From assembly GCA_963668625.2 (NCBI GenBank), contig CAXXKA010000010.1:288001-352000 (forward strand): 64,000 nt of DNA, written 5' to 3'. Shown here piece after piece: positions 1-9,798 of this stretch (position 1 is the stretch's first letter; the number at the start of each line of letters is the position of its first letter). A program made the position numbers and the translations under genes. The DNA comes from an uncultured candidate division Zixibacteria bacterium (GTDB lineage: Bacteria > Zixibacteria > MSB-5A5 > UBA10806 > 4484-95). A model generated the notes under the pieces. It saw only the letters and a list, made by a program, of their open reading frames with translations. It was not told where the DNA came from and did no database searches.

Positions 1-33
1 GTGAATCTAATTACATCTTACTTATCTTTTGCC

Positions 34-237
34 TTATCTTTTTTTCAAATTCATCAGGGTTGCCGCCGGTCCCCAGATTAAAATTAGATGAATACCGGCG
101 CCGGCGCCAAGTACCGTTGAGATCAAATCGTAACAATCAGTACCTTTTAGTTTAAGCGAGCAACCGAGTATAGTAGCCCCCCAGATAATGGCGCTACCGA
201 TTATAAGCGCCCCAAGTGACCATGCGTTCTTTTTCAT
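34..237 (-). CDS. small two-TM membrane protein, unknown function
   Basis: 67-aa ORF with two hydrophobic segments; AAAGGAG RBS just upstream on the minus strand. Confidence 0.6.
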   Translation of the reverse strand: MKKNAWSLGALIIGSAIIWGATILGCSLKLKGTDCYDLISTVLGAGAGIHLILIWGPAATLMNLKKR

Positions 238-632
238 TCCAGCTCCTTTGCAGAGTGTATAAATTAACCAAACATTACGGATGATTAATTATTATAGCAT
301 TAAAAATTATCAAATGAGGTAGGATTTATTCTATGTGATTGGTTTATGGCTGACCGCCTCATCCCGCCAGAGCTTGCACTCGGAGTCCTCGCGGTTGGAA
401 CATCGGGCCGGCTAAATAGATTTTCATAAAGCCATCACCCCCTGTTTGTAATATTTCTTACTCGATGAAATAATAAGTCTTACATTACCATTCAAGCAAG
501 TGAAAGAATGTAATTCACATGATAAACTTATCTGTCAACAAATGTAACCGGGAGATTATCTAAAATATTTTCATCTGTTTTAATAAAATGACGTATAATA
601 TATTTAATTTATGAATTGCGAAAGGGGTTCTA

Positions 633-1262
633 ATGAGCATAAACGAGTTCTTCTCCAGGCAGGCAAGAAAGCCATCGGGGCTGTTCGGTAGAATCGTCAT
701 GAAACAGCTTTTCGATCTCGGTCACAAAACCATTAATGAAATGGTGAAAGAGCAACTGGGATTAAATCAGGATGATCGTGTTTTGGAAATCGGTTACGGT
801 ACGGGGAAACTGCTTAAAGACATAGCTGAGAAAATTGAAAGCGGCTTAATTGAGGGAATTGATTTTTCCGAGGCGATGTTCTCGGTGGACGCGGAGGGCG
901 ACTGAGTAAGCAAATCAACGATGGCAGGGTTATATTGCGATGCGGCGATTTCATGGATGTCTCTTATGAGGACGGCTATTTCGATACGAGTCTACTCATT
1001 GAACACGATTTATTTCTGGCCTGACCCCAATGAGTGCCTGGGTAAAATCTATCGCATACTAAAACCCGGCGGCAGCATGGTTTTAGCTTTCGGTGATAAA
1101 GATGAGTTGGAGCAAAGGTCGTTCAGCCCGGAGATATTTCGCTTTTACTCCGTTGATGAGGTGAAAGAGATGCTGATTCGAATTGGCTTTAATGATGATA
1201 TCAGCAGGTCATCTCGCGGGAGTAAAGCGCACAAATGTCATTGTGTTAAGGCGGTGAAATAA
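633..1262 (+). pseudogene. class I SAM-dependent methyltransferase, frameshifted (or sequencing error)
   Basis: 633..905 has motif I (VLEIGYGTG); 921..1262 has YSLNTIYFW and RILKPGG; the missing middle (RLSKQINDGRVILRCGDFMDVSYEDGYFD) is in another frame at ~899-988. Confidence 0.8.
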
Positions 1263-1310
1263 GCCGTGTTAAAAATAAACTCCTGCCGGTACCTATAGAT
1301 AGAGATAAAT

Positions 1311-1769
1311 ATGAAAACACCATCAAAATCCAGCAAGGTAACCCTGCGCGAGATAAACGCCGAGACAGTGCGTACGATTTGTAATCTCTCGGTAGCCGAT
1401 AACCAGAAACACTTCGTGGCCCCGAACGCGATCTCGATTGCCGAGGCATATTTTTCCGAGGTTGCCTGGTTCCGGGCTGTCTATGCCGGTGATGACCCGG
1501 TTGGTTTCGTCATGCTCTATGATGATCCGGTAAAGCCCGAGTACTACCTCTGGCGGTTCATGATCGACCAGCGCTACCAGGGGATGGGGTTCGGTTATCA
1601 GGCGATGACATTACTGATCGAGCACGTTAGAACCCGCCCCAACGCCACCGAGCTGTTAACCAGCGTAGTAGAGGGCGAGGGCAGCCCGCAGGGATTTTAC
1701 GAGAAGCTGGGCTTTAAGCTAACCGGCGAGTACGAGGATGACGAGGCGGTAATGCGTCTGGAGCTATGA
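1311..1769 (+). CDS. GNAT N-acetyltransferase (spermidine/spermine acetyltransferase-like)
   Basis: FVAPNAISIAEA, RFMIDQRYQGMGFG acetyl-CoA motif, FYEKLGF. Confidence 0.85.
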   Translation: MKTPSKSSKVTLREINAETVRTICNLSVADNQKHFVAPNAISIAEAYFSEVAWFRAVYAGDDPVGFVMLYDDPVKPEYYLWRFMIDQRYQGMGFGYQAMTLLIEHVRTRPNATELLTSVVEGEGSPQGFYEKLGFKLTGEYEDDEAVMRLEL

Positions 1770-1780
1770 TAGTCATCAAC

Positions 1781-2490
1781 CCGTAGGGCGTCGAGCTAAG
1801 CTCGACCCGCCGGCAGTTGAGTAGGTTGAAACCCCTGCGGTTTCGACGCGTGTTGGAAGGAAAAGTCAAAACCACAGGGAGGGTTTTGACCTACTGGGCT
1901 GGTTGGGCGCGCTACCCGGGCTGGTCTTAGACACAGCCCCTACGATTATATTGTCACATGCATCAGGATGGAAGCTATGCGACATCCTGATGCTGGTTGT
2001 AGCGCGTTGCCCTCAGGATGTCGTTCCTTCCATCCTGAGGGATATGATTATCGAGTAGGTTGAAACCCCTGTGGTTTCGACGCGTGTTGGTAGCTGAAAG
2101 TCAAAACCGCAAGGAGGGTTTTGAGCTACTCGGTGCCTTCGAAAAACATCTTGGTAATTTTGACAGATTGCTTCGTCCCTCCGGTCCTCGCAATGACAGC
2201 CCTTGGAGGCATTGTTATCCGTAGGGTGTCGAGCTAAGCTCGACCCGCCGGCAGCAACTCGGTGCGCTACCCGGGCTGGTCTTAGACACAGCCCCTACGA
2301 TTATATTGTCACATGCATCAGGATGGAAAGCGAAGCGACATCCTGATGCTGTCTGTAGCGCGTTGCCCTCAGGATGTCGTTCCTTCCATCCTGAGGGATA
2401 TGATTATCGAGTAGGTTGAAACCCCTGTGGTTTCGACGTGTGTTGGTAGCTGAAAGTCAAAACCGCAAGGAGGGTTTTGACCTACAGGGC
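1781..2490. repeat. mosaic array of REP/REPIN-like palindromic doublets
   Basis: GTAGG...CCTAC-bounded hairpin pairs; ~220-bp block at ~1907-2128 repeated at ~2262-2484; GTAGGGYGTCGAGCTAAGCTCGAC at 1783 and 2221. Confidence 0.85.
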
Positions 2491-2519
2491 TGAGGGATGT
2501 GATATTTTCATCTTTTACT

Positions 2520-2894
2520 TTATTTAAGTACCATTTTGACAAAATCTGTAAATGACTTTGCTATAGGTGTTGAATAGCTGGCGTCGTATACTGCACCACT
2601 ATCAGGGCGAATAAAAACCGTACCATCAATATCGTTGGAAAATACTTCAAGAAATCCATAACGAAAATGTTCTTTGTATTTGTTATTATTGTATATATCT
2701 ATCATTTTATCATCCGGATGTATACCATAAATCGGATCATGATAAAGCTCAGCGTAATTCAATTCACACAAGTATTCTTTGAAATCATCGGGAATGGTTA
2801 TACTTAATTTCAGTTCTAAATCCCGAACGCGTTTATTGTGAACACCTTCACCTAATGCTTCTGAATGATCTTTTAACATTTCAACTAAGCCCAT
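2520..2894 (-). CDS. SMI1/KNR4 (SUKH) family protein
   Basis: ELKLSITIPDDFKEYL N-terminal motif and IAKSFTDFV C-terminal motif. Confidence 0.75.
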   Translation of the reverse strand: MGLVEMLKDHSEALGEGVHNKRVRDLELKLSITIPDDFKEYLCELNYAELYHDPIYGIHPDDKMIDIYNNNKYKEHFRYGFLEVFSNDIDGTVFIRPDSGAVYDASYSTPIAKSFTDFVKMVLK

Positions 2895-2916
2895 ATAAAC
2901 TCATTTGAATTGTATG

Positions 2917-3228
2917 TTAAGGTCCTTCGTATTCGATATTGCTCAAATGCTCAGGCATTGGCGAAAGCGCCGGCAGAGCTATCTGGCCGTTTGGTGTAAG
3001 CAAGGGTTTATTAAAATCTAAATAATGGAAGAAGAATGCCCATCGCGTTCCAGTGTTGTCCAGTGGGCGCTCATCCAAGGGGACTTGCCAATTATCTTGA
3101 GGCTCTCCTGGCAACTCCTGGGTGACTTCGTCCCAATTGTAGTCAGTCTCTGGGGGATCGAGTTGGACTTCTACGAGATAACATGGCTCAGGGGCATCGA
3201 CATAATGTACACCTAGAATAGTAATCAT
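2917..3228 (-). CDS. hypothetical protein
   Basis: ORF 2917..3273; likely start at MITILG (3228) after GAGG; no family recognised. Confidence 0.6.
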   Translation of the reverse strand: MITILGVHYVDAPEPCYLVEVQLDPPETDYNWDEVTQELPGEPQDNWQVPLDERPLDNTGTRWAFFFHYLDFNKPLLTPNGQIALPALSPMPEHLSNIEYEGP

Positions 3229-3288
3229 CTTGTATCCTCTAATAAATGTATAATTTCGGGCTTCAGGTCTCAATATTAAGCATCAGCC

Positions 3289-3322
3289 AAAAGTCAAAAC
3301 CACAAGGAGGGTTTTGACCTAC
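3289..3322. repeat. single REP of the GTAGGTCAAAACCCTCC family
   Basis: AAAGTCAAAACCACAAGGAGGGTTTTGACCTAC matches units at ~1863, ~2098 and ~2453. Confidence 0.8.
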
Positions 3323-3330
3323 TTAGCTAG

Positions 3331-4194
3331 TTACTCAATATTGTTATCTGCTAGTAATGCTCGATTTTGCCGTATTCGCGAGTAAATAACACTTGCTATT
3401 AATGATGACGCAACACCAAGAATAAAACCAAGTAGATAATTTAACGCTGTTTTCTGCCAAGATTGACTTCGTAATGCACTTTTTACCGCTTCAAGCTGCT
3501 CATGAGTAAGTTTTTCAAGCTCTTTTGCTTTAGCATACTCTTCTTCGATGACTTTACTCGCCTTTTCGGTTTCTACCATGTCTCCTTTTATTTCCACCAA
3601 TTGCTTTTCAAGGTCTTTTAAGTTTCCTATGGCACTTTCTACTGTTTCAATACGTTCTTGAAGTTGTGGTTTTTCTGGTTGAACAAAATAGAATATACCA
3701 GAAAACAATATACCAATAATTGAAATAAAAGACATAGTAGAGCCTAATATCATTTCCCAACGTTGTCGAATGGTTCGCCTTTGAGCAGGTATCACTTGTA
3801 AATGTTGGATTTCAGGATGAGCGTTCAGTACTTTAAGGATTTCATTTTGGTCTATGAGCTTAAGGTTAAAGTCTTTCTGTAAATCTTGAATAGAATCTTT
3901 CAGCGAGTGAGAAAGAATTGCGGAGGACATAATTATAATCTGCTTTGGCTTGAAAGTGCTTACTTGGATTTGACTGATAATTCTCCGAATCGTTGAAATA
4001 GACAATTGTTTTGTATGTTTTACTTGAACCGCAATTTGTTGGCCTTCCGCTTCTGCAATAATGTCAACGCCTTGGTCATTGTACCCACCTACAAGTTCTA
4101 CACGCTTGAATCCTAGCGCTTTGAGTATCTCTGTACATAGTTTCTCAAATTCGTCTGGAGTAAGCTGAAATAAGCTGTTCCTATCAATTGTCAT
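3331..4194 (-). CDS. Mrr-like restriction endonuclease domain fused to TM-coiled coil-TM
   Basis: FEKLCTEIL..GF..V...G..DQGVDI...AVQVK (Mrr_cat PD-(D/E)xK pattern), then a hydrophobic helix, an E/K-rich coiled coil and a second hydrophobic helix. Confidence 0.75.
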   Translation of the reverse strand: MTIDRNSLFQLTPDEFEKLCTEILKALGFKRVELVGGYNDQGVDIIAEAEGQQIAVQVKHTKQLSISTIRRIISQIQVSTFKPKQIIIMSSAILSHSLKDSIQDLQKDFNLKLIDQNEILKVLNAHPEIQHLQVIPAQRRTIRQRWEMILGSTMSFISIIGILFSGIFYFVQPEKPQLQERIETVESAIGNLKDLEKQLVEIKGDMVETEKASKVIEEEYAKAKELEKLTHEQLEAVKSALRSQSWQKTALNYLLGFILGVASSLIASVIYSRIRQNRALLADNNIE

Positions 4195-4474
4195 TTTTAT
4201 TTGCCTCGATTATTTTTTATATTTCTCAGGGTTTCCAATAATTTATATATGATTTCTTCATAACACCTTAAATCCGCGTTACTGTCCTTAAGTGCTTTTG
4301 TCTGAATTTAAATAAATAAGATATTTTAATACGTCTGGGTATAAATATTCCCCTGTATACATGTTATGTCTACTTTTCGCCAATTCACAATTTTTAAAAT
4401 ACTATCGCCAAAACAAATTGTTCGCCTAAAGCTAAGCAATCTTGGCTTTCGCGTCAAGTATAATATCCCAACAT

Positions 4475-4509
4475 AAAAAAACCGGGCGCCCTCTCCGCAC
4501 GCCCGGTTG
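4475..4509 (-). terminator. intrinsic terminator of thyX-nrdJ
   Basis: ACCGGGCG/CGCCCGGT stem followed by a T tract on the minus strand. Confidence 0.8.
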
Positions 4510-4549
4510 TAATTCCCAATCTATCTATCAGATTATAGCAATATCACAC

Positions 4550-6832
4550 CTACTTGCACTTGCTGTAGCCGCAGTTGGGGCAGGTTATGCAGCCCGACTC
4601 GTGTACCAGCTTGCCCGAACAGTCCGGACAGGTGTCGGTCGAGAGGTCGGTCTCCTGCTTTATCACCTTGCCGTTGCCGAAATGCTTGCGCAGTATCTTG
4701 GCGATAGCATCCGGCATGGACTTGACCACGCCGCCATGCCCGAATACCTGGGCATCGCCGCCGATACCCTGCAACTGCTCGATCACGTTCTCGACAGATA
4801 CGCCCGAACGCAGGCACAGCGAAATCAGACGGGTAACCGCCTCGGTGTCGGCCATCGTGTCGTGACCCGATTTGCCGAGCTGGGCGAATACCTCGAACGG
4901 TATGCCGTTATGCTGATTTATCGTAACGTACAGGTTGCCGAATCCGGTCTTGATCTTCTCGGTAATACCGGTCAGGGTCTCAGGACGGTTGCGCGGGATA
5001 GTTTCCGAGCTGTCGGCCGCTTCCTTATCGGCCTCTTTAGTCGACTTGGTGGAGAGCACCTGCATGGGACGGCTACCATCCCGATAGACCGTGACGCCTT
5101 TACAGGATAAGCTGTAGGCCAGCTCGTAAGCTTTACGTACGTCATCCTTGGAGGCCTTGTTCGGCAGGTTGATAGTTTTCGAGACAGCGTTCTCGGTATG
5201 TTTCTGGAAAGCATCCTGCATACGTATATGCCATTCCGGGGTGACATCATGACTGGTAACGAACACGCGCCTAATTTGCTCGGGGATATCCGTAATATCG
5301 GCAACCGAGTTTTTATTGGCGATCTTTTCCAGAAGTCCCTCGGAGTAGAACCCCATCTGTTTGGCTTTCTGCTTGAAATACGGATTAACCTCGATCAGCC
5401 GGGTGTTGTCCATCACGTTGCGCTCGTAAGCGACCGCGAACAACGGTTCGATGCCCGAGGAGCAACCGGCGATAATCGAGATAGTGCCGGTCGGGGCAAT
5501 CGTGGTGACTGTCGAGTTGCGGCGCGGCCTGCCGCTGCCTGTCTCGGCATCGAAAAACGACGAACTCTGCCAGTTGGGAAACGAGCCACGTGTTTTGGCC
5601 AACTCGTGCGAGGCCGCATCGGCCTCTGTCTGGATGAACTCCATCACCTTACCGCCGAGGCTCAACGCTTCATCCGAATCGTAAGGCACATCGAGCATCA
5701 CCAGGAGATCGGCCCAGCCCATAACGCCCAGGCCTATGCGACGGTTGTCCTTAGTGGCCTTATCGATTTCCGGCAGCGGATATTTATTGGCCTCGATCAC
5801 GTTATCGAGGAAATGCACGCAGCTATGCACGGTCTTATTCAGCTTAGCCCAGTCGATCTCGCATCTGAACAGGTCTGTCTCGGGCGATACGCCGACCGTG
5901 GTTTTAACCATTTTGGCCAGGTTGATAGAGCCGAGATTGCAGCTCTCGAACGGCAGAAGCGGTTGTTCACCGCAGGGATTAGTTGCCTCGATCAGCCCGA
6001 CTTTGGTGGTACGCTCCAGGGCGTTTATCTTATCGAGGAAGACCACGCCGGGTTCGCCGGAGGCGTGAGCGTGATCGACGATAGTGTTGAACACCTCGCG
6101 GGCATCCAGCGATTGCGGGACGCCATCGACCACATGCTGCTTCCAGGTACGGGGATCGATTAGCGCGTAATCGGCGCCCTCGGCCGCCGCTTTCATGAAA
6201 ACATCCGTGATACCGACCGAGATATTGAAATTAGTCAATTCGGACAGATTATCCTTACAGGATATGAAATCGAGTATATCGGGATGGTCGATCCGGAGAA
6301 TGCCCATGTTGGCGCCGCGCCTGGTGCCGCCCTGTTTTACCGCCTCGGTGGCGGAGTTGATTACTTTCATGAATGATACCGGCCCCGAGGCCACGCCCGA
6401 GGTCGAGGCGACTATCGCGTTTTTCGGGCGAAGCCGCGAGAACGCGAATCCGGTGCCGCCGCCGGATTTATGTATCAACGCCGCCGACTTGACAGCGTCG
6501 AATATCGATTCCATCGAATCATCCACGGGTATGACGAAACAAGCTGAAAGCTGGCCCAATGGTCTGCCGGCGTTCATGAGCGTCGGAGAATTCGGGATGA
6601 ACTCGAGTTCCGCCATCATGGAATAGAACTCGTTGGCTGTCCTCTCGGCTTCCTCGGCTGTCGCGCCGTAGTTGATATCGGGCTTGGCTATTGCCTCCGC
6701 CACTCGTGCGAATAAGTTTTCCGGCGTCTCGATAACCCGCCCTTTATCATCTTTGGCGAGATATCTTCGCCGCAGGACAGTCATCGAGTTATCGGTCAAC
6801 TCGATCTTGGTGCCTGTTGTCTTGATCTCCAT
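4550..6832 (-). CDS. nrdJ: class II (B12-dependent) ribonucleotide reductase with TSCPD/Zn-ribbon C-terminus
   Basis: PNSPTLMNAG, SACFV, TNPCGEQPL, TTIAPTGTIS, VSKTIN, YRDGSR, C-terminal CPDC...CPNCGYSKC. Confidence 0.95.
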   Translation of the reverse strand: MEIKTTGTKIELTDNSMTVLRRRYLAKDDKGRVIETPENLFARVAEAIAKPDINYGATAEEAERTANEFYSMMAELEFIPNSPTLMNAGRPLGQLSACFVIPVDDSMESIFDAVKSAALIHKSGGGTGFAFSRLRPKNAIVASTSGVASGPVSFMKVINSATEAVKQGGTRRGANMGILRIDHPDILDFISCKDNLSELTNFNISVGITDVFMKAAAEGADYALIDPRTWKQHVVDGVPQSLDAREVFNTIVDHAHASGEPGVVFLDKINALERTTKVGLIEATNPCGEQPLLPFESCNLGSINLAKMVKTTVGVSPETDLFRCEIDWAKLNKTVHSCVHFLDNVIEANKYPLPEIDKATKDNRRIGLGVMGWADLLVMLDVPYDSDEALSLGGKVMEFIQTEADAASHELAKTRGSFPNWQSSSFFDAETGSGRPRRNSTVTTIAPTGTISIIAGCSSGIEPLFAVAYERNVMDNTRLIEVNPYFKQKAKQMGFYSEGLLEKIANKNSVADITDIPEQIRRVFVTSHDVTPEWHIRMQDAFQKHTENAVSKTINLPNKASKDDVRKAYELAYSLSCKGVTVYRDGSRPMQVLSTKSTKEADKEAADSSETIPRNRPETLTGITEKIKTGFGNLYVTINQHNGIPFEVFAQLGKSGHDTMADTEAVTRLISLCLRSGVSVENVIEQLQGIGGDAQVFGHGGVVKSMPDAIAKILRKHFGNGKVIKQETDLSTDTCPDCSGKLVHESGCITCPNCGYSKCK

Positions 6833-6872
6833 AATATCCCCTCTCTAGATATTAAAGCATATTATGCGACTC

Positions 6873-7583
6873 TTAAGTTTCAATTTCGCCTGTCGCCGAC
6901 ATGTTTTCTTCATCTATGGTAAAATCCCAGAAAGAGATTGGAGCCTCTTTCTGGAGAATTTTCAGTATCTCGATTGCCACCTTGCGTATTTCCCAGTGAG
7001 CGCGCGGATTGGTGCGCAGCCATATAAAGTGACGCCATTCCCGGAAATTAGCCGTAATCACTATCTCCGAGGTAGTGGCGTTCGGTAGTATATAGCGGGC
7101 ATCCTCAGGCGGGACACCATCATCCAGCATTTTCTCGTATAGATCGTAACAGCGGTTGGCCATCTCGGCGTATTCATCGCTGTAATCGTAGGCGTTGCTT
7201 ACGAAACTGGGCGGCGTGACGAACTCGAACTCGCGAGTTTTCTTTCGACCCGGTTTATCGGCATAGCATACATACCGCTGGCTCTCCTGCGAGGGAGAGA
7301 TCAGCCTGTGACGGACTAATTCGTGGGTAAATACCCGCGAGCCGCCCTTGATCCTGAAAGTAGCGTGGGCATGCTCCAATACGGAATGATGCCTTTTGCG
7401 GATGACTTTTTGTATCAGCTCTCTGGTGGAATTCGGTGGATCGTACCTGTGAAATGAAAGATAACAGGTGCGACAAGCACGCTCTATGATATCCTCCGCG
7501 TTGGGAGTGATGCTTTCAAGTATTATTTCCAACTTATTTTCCACGGACAAACTCACACTTAAATCACTTTTAGAAGTGTTCAT
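6873..7583 (-). CDS. thyX: FAD-dependent thymidylate synthase
   Basis: HHSVLEH, THELVRHR...SQESQRY, EDARYILP, AHWEIR. Confidence 0.95.
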   Translation of the reverse strand: MNTSKSDLSVSLSVENKLEIILESITPNAEDIIERACRTCYLSFHRYDPPNSTRELIQKVIRKRHHSVLEHAHATFRIKGGSRVFTHELVRHRLISPSQESQRYVCYADKPGRKKTREFEFVTPPSFVSNAYDYSDEYAEMANRCYDLYEKMLDDGVPPEDARYILPNATTSEIVITANFREWRHFIWLRTNPRAHWEIRKVAIEILKILQKEAPISFWDFTIDEENMSATGEIET

Positions 7584-8066
7584 ACCGGTCCTGTCTTCAG
7601 TTTTATGTTCTCAGATTTTCACTGAATTTATTCGCCCCTCCCCGCGACTAATTCATCAGCGAAGGGATTATATTATTATTTTTTTTGAGCCGATAAGTCA
7701 AGAATTAGTTTGTCAAAAATTGAACAATTTTACAATCACAAGAGGTTCAAGACCTTACAAAAGCTTAATATTTTAGATGCCATTTTTGTTATCGTTATAT
7801 TTTGCCCGTGTTAATTTATTGTATTGTTTAATCCATTGAATATAAACAAGTTGCCGGAAAAATGTGTTATTGTCAGGAGACTATTGTAAAGCGTTGTATA
7901 GTAAAAAAATTGCTCTTTTTTGTGCTTATATTTATTATCTTCAATAGCAATAATTATGAAACTATTGCTAAGTTTAAAACCGTTTTATACTTGCAATTAT
8001 TCCTCCAGATAGTAAGATACTATCTGGGATACGTGGATAAATTTAGAGAATAGGAAAGTTGACAAT

Positions 8067-8780
8067 ATGATTGACACGGATAATCCGAAAAAATATAAAA
8101 TTAAAAGCGTAGATAGTATAACCCACGATACCAGCGCTTTCAAATTCGAACTGGCTGAGGGCGAATCGCTGGATTTCCTGCCCGGAGATCATATGATGAT
8201 GAGCGCGGAAATAGAGGGCGGGAAACATCAGCGACCATATACACCATCCTCGACCCCGGATGACAACGGTTATTTCGAGATTATTATCAAACGCTATGAG
8301 AACGGTTTGATGTCCAGTTATGTACATGAAAAATCCGTTGGGGATGAGGTAATCCTTCAGGGGCCGACAAAAGGCGGACATTTCAACCAGGGGATGGCCA
8401 AGCGTATAGGCATGGTGGCCGGTGGCGCCGGCGTTACCCCGTTTATCAGTATCGTGCGTACGGCGATAAGGCGCAATTGGGAGGTCGACATGACCCTGCT
8501 TTTCGCCAATAAGTCGGCAGAGGATATAATATTAAAGGATGAATTCGATAAATACGCCGCCGAGCATGATAATTTCAAAATAGTGCATACCATTGATGAG
8601 GAAGAGGAGGGCTGGAACGGTCATGTCGGCCATATCGATCAGGATATGTTAAAAGCTAACCTGCCCGAACCCGGCAGCGACACGCTGATATTTTTATGCG
8701 GCCCGCCCATGATGGAGTTTCAGCTTCGCAAAGCGGTACTGGCGCTGGGGTATGATAAGAAGCAGTTGGTGATACCGTAG
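8067..8780 (+). CDS. FAD/NAD(P)-binding oxidoreductase (cytochrome b5 reductase/FNR family)
   Basis: RPYTPSS, GLMS, MVAGGAGVTP, FLCGPPMM. Confidence 0.9.
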   Translation: MIDTDNPKKYKIKSVDSITHDTSAFKFELAEGESLDFLPGDHMMMSAEIEGGKHQRPYTPSSTPDDNGYFEIIIKRYENGLMSSYVHEKSVGDEVILQGPTKGGHFNQGMAKRIGMVAGGAGVTPFISIVRTAIRRNWEVDMTLLFANKSAEDIILKDEFDKYAAEHDNFKIVHTIDEEEEGWNGHVGHIDQDMLKANLPEPGSDTLIFLCGPPMMEFQLRKAVLALGYDKKQLVIP

Positions 8781-8809
8781 GGGTACATCCTACTGGTGTA
8801 AAAATAGCT

Positions 8810-8930
8810 AGGCTTGTTGATAAACTCAAAAGAGGCAGTCGTTAAGAGCGAAACGAAGTAATCTATCTAATAACTTACGGATTGCCATGTCGACCTTTGG
8901 ACTCCTCGCAATGACTTTTCCAACAATCCC
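8810..8930. mobile_element. degenerate MITE (IS5/IS1182-like ends) with a nested GATTGC..CTCGCAATGAC repeat
   Basis: AGGCTTGTTGATAAA ... TTTTCCAACAATCCC imperfect TIRs; inner repeat also at 2165-2197 and 55575-55609. Confidence 0.5.
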
Positions 8931-9041
8931 GGTTCTTCGTAACAGGGGGGTATGATATGCAAAACCTGTCTTTTACGAGTACAGGCGAGATGCAGTGATC
9001 CGTCCATTATTCTCTTGTCATCTGAAAACCAAACCTATTGT

Positions 9042-9629
9042 TTACCGCCCAAACCGGCCCATCAAAGCAGCCTGCGCCAGAATATGACCTTCCATGGCCT
9101 TCTCGGCATCTGCTTTATCGGCTTTCGTATCCAATTCAAGCATCCTATCCAGCGCGTAGAGTTTGAAAAAATACCTGTGCACCGGGCCTTTAGGAGGACA
9201 TGGGCCTCCATACTGAACCCTGTCGAAACTGTTGTGGCATTCGATTGTACCGGCCAAGAGAGAGTCTTTGTCGAATACAATACCCTCACTCAGTTCTGAA
9301 ATCTCGGGTGGAATATTTATCACTACCCAGTGAACCCAGGTGCCCATCGGCGCGTCCGGGTCATCGCAAACCAGCGCCAGCGATTTGACACCCTCGGGAA
9401 TATTACTCCATTCGAGTGGCACTGAGATATCCTCACCCTCGCAGGTGTATTTCACCGGAATTGTTTCACCATCGTTAAAAGCTGATGATTTAATGGTAAT
9501 TTTACCGGTGGTCATTTCTTTTTGAGCCCGGCTATTTTGCGAATCCGATTTCCGGCCGCAATAGCTTAAATTGATAAATAGTATCAGTGCGATCGAAACG
9601 CAGTATATTTTTACTATCCTGAATGTCAT
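9042..9629 (-). CDS. YbhB/YbcL family (PEBP) protein with N-terminal signal/lipoprotein segment
   Basis: DDPDAP, WVHWVV, YGGPCPP..HRYFFKLYALD; GGAGGA RBS before 9629. Confidence 0.92.
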   Translation of the reverse strand: MTFRIVKIYCVSIALILFINLSYCGRKSDSQNSRAQKEMTTGKITIKSSAFNDGETIPVKYTCEGEDISVPLEWSNIPEGVKSLALVCDDPDAPMGTWVHWVVINIPPEISELSEGIVFDKDSLLAGTIECHNSFDRVQYGGPCPPKGPVHRYFFKLYALDRMLELDTKADKADAEKAMEGHILAQAALMGRFGR

Positions 9630-9798
9630 ACAATCCTCCAGTGTAGGAAATACGTATAAATGTAAATTACATTTACGTATTTTACCAGTCATCCCGGGGT
9701 CGGTCAATCGATTTTAACTATTTATAGAAAAGGCTTTGCGCTTAAGCATAATATATTATATTTGCATCCTGAATAAGATAATTGCGGGAGTTTGCTTA

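Noticed and set aside
1781-2490. CRISPR array
   Set aside because: Units are palindromic doublets in both orientations with duplicated intervening sequence, not constant repeats with unique spacers; no cas genes
4255-4370. integron attC-like site (GACATAAC ... GTTATGA on the minus strand) upstream of the Mrr-like gene
   Set aside because: Only the 7-bp outer boxes pair; no L-box complementarity, no further attC between the downstream genes, no intI
4442-6626. long plus-strand ORFs (4442..5110, 5198..6163, 6195..6626)
   Set aside because: Antisense shadows of the GC3-rich nrdJ with no motifs; the same applies to shadow ORFs over groEL, gyrA, tldD and the znu genes
4550-6832. intein or intron in nrdJ (also checked gyrA)
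   Set aside because: Both proteins are of normal length with contiguous motifs
7584-8066. cobalamin riboswitch or NrdR box upstream of thyX-nrdJ
   Set aside because: AT-rich region with no B12-box or convincing NrdR palindrome
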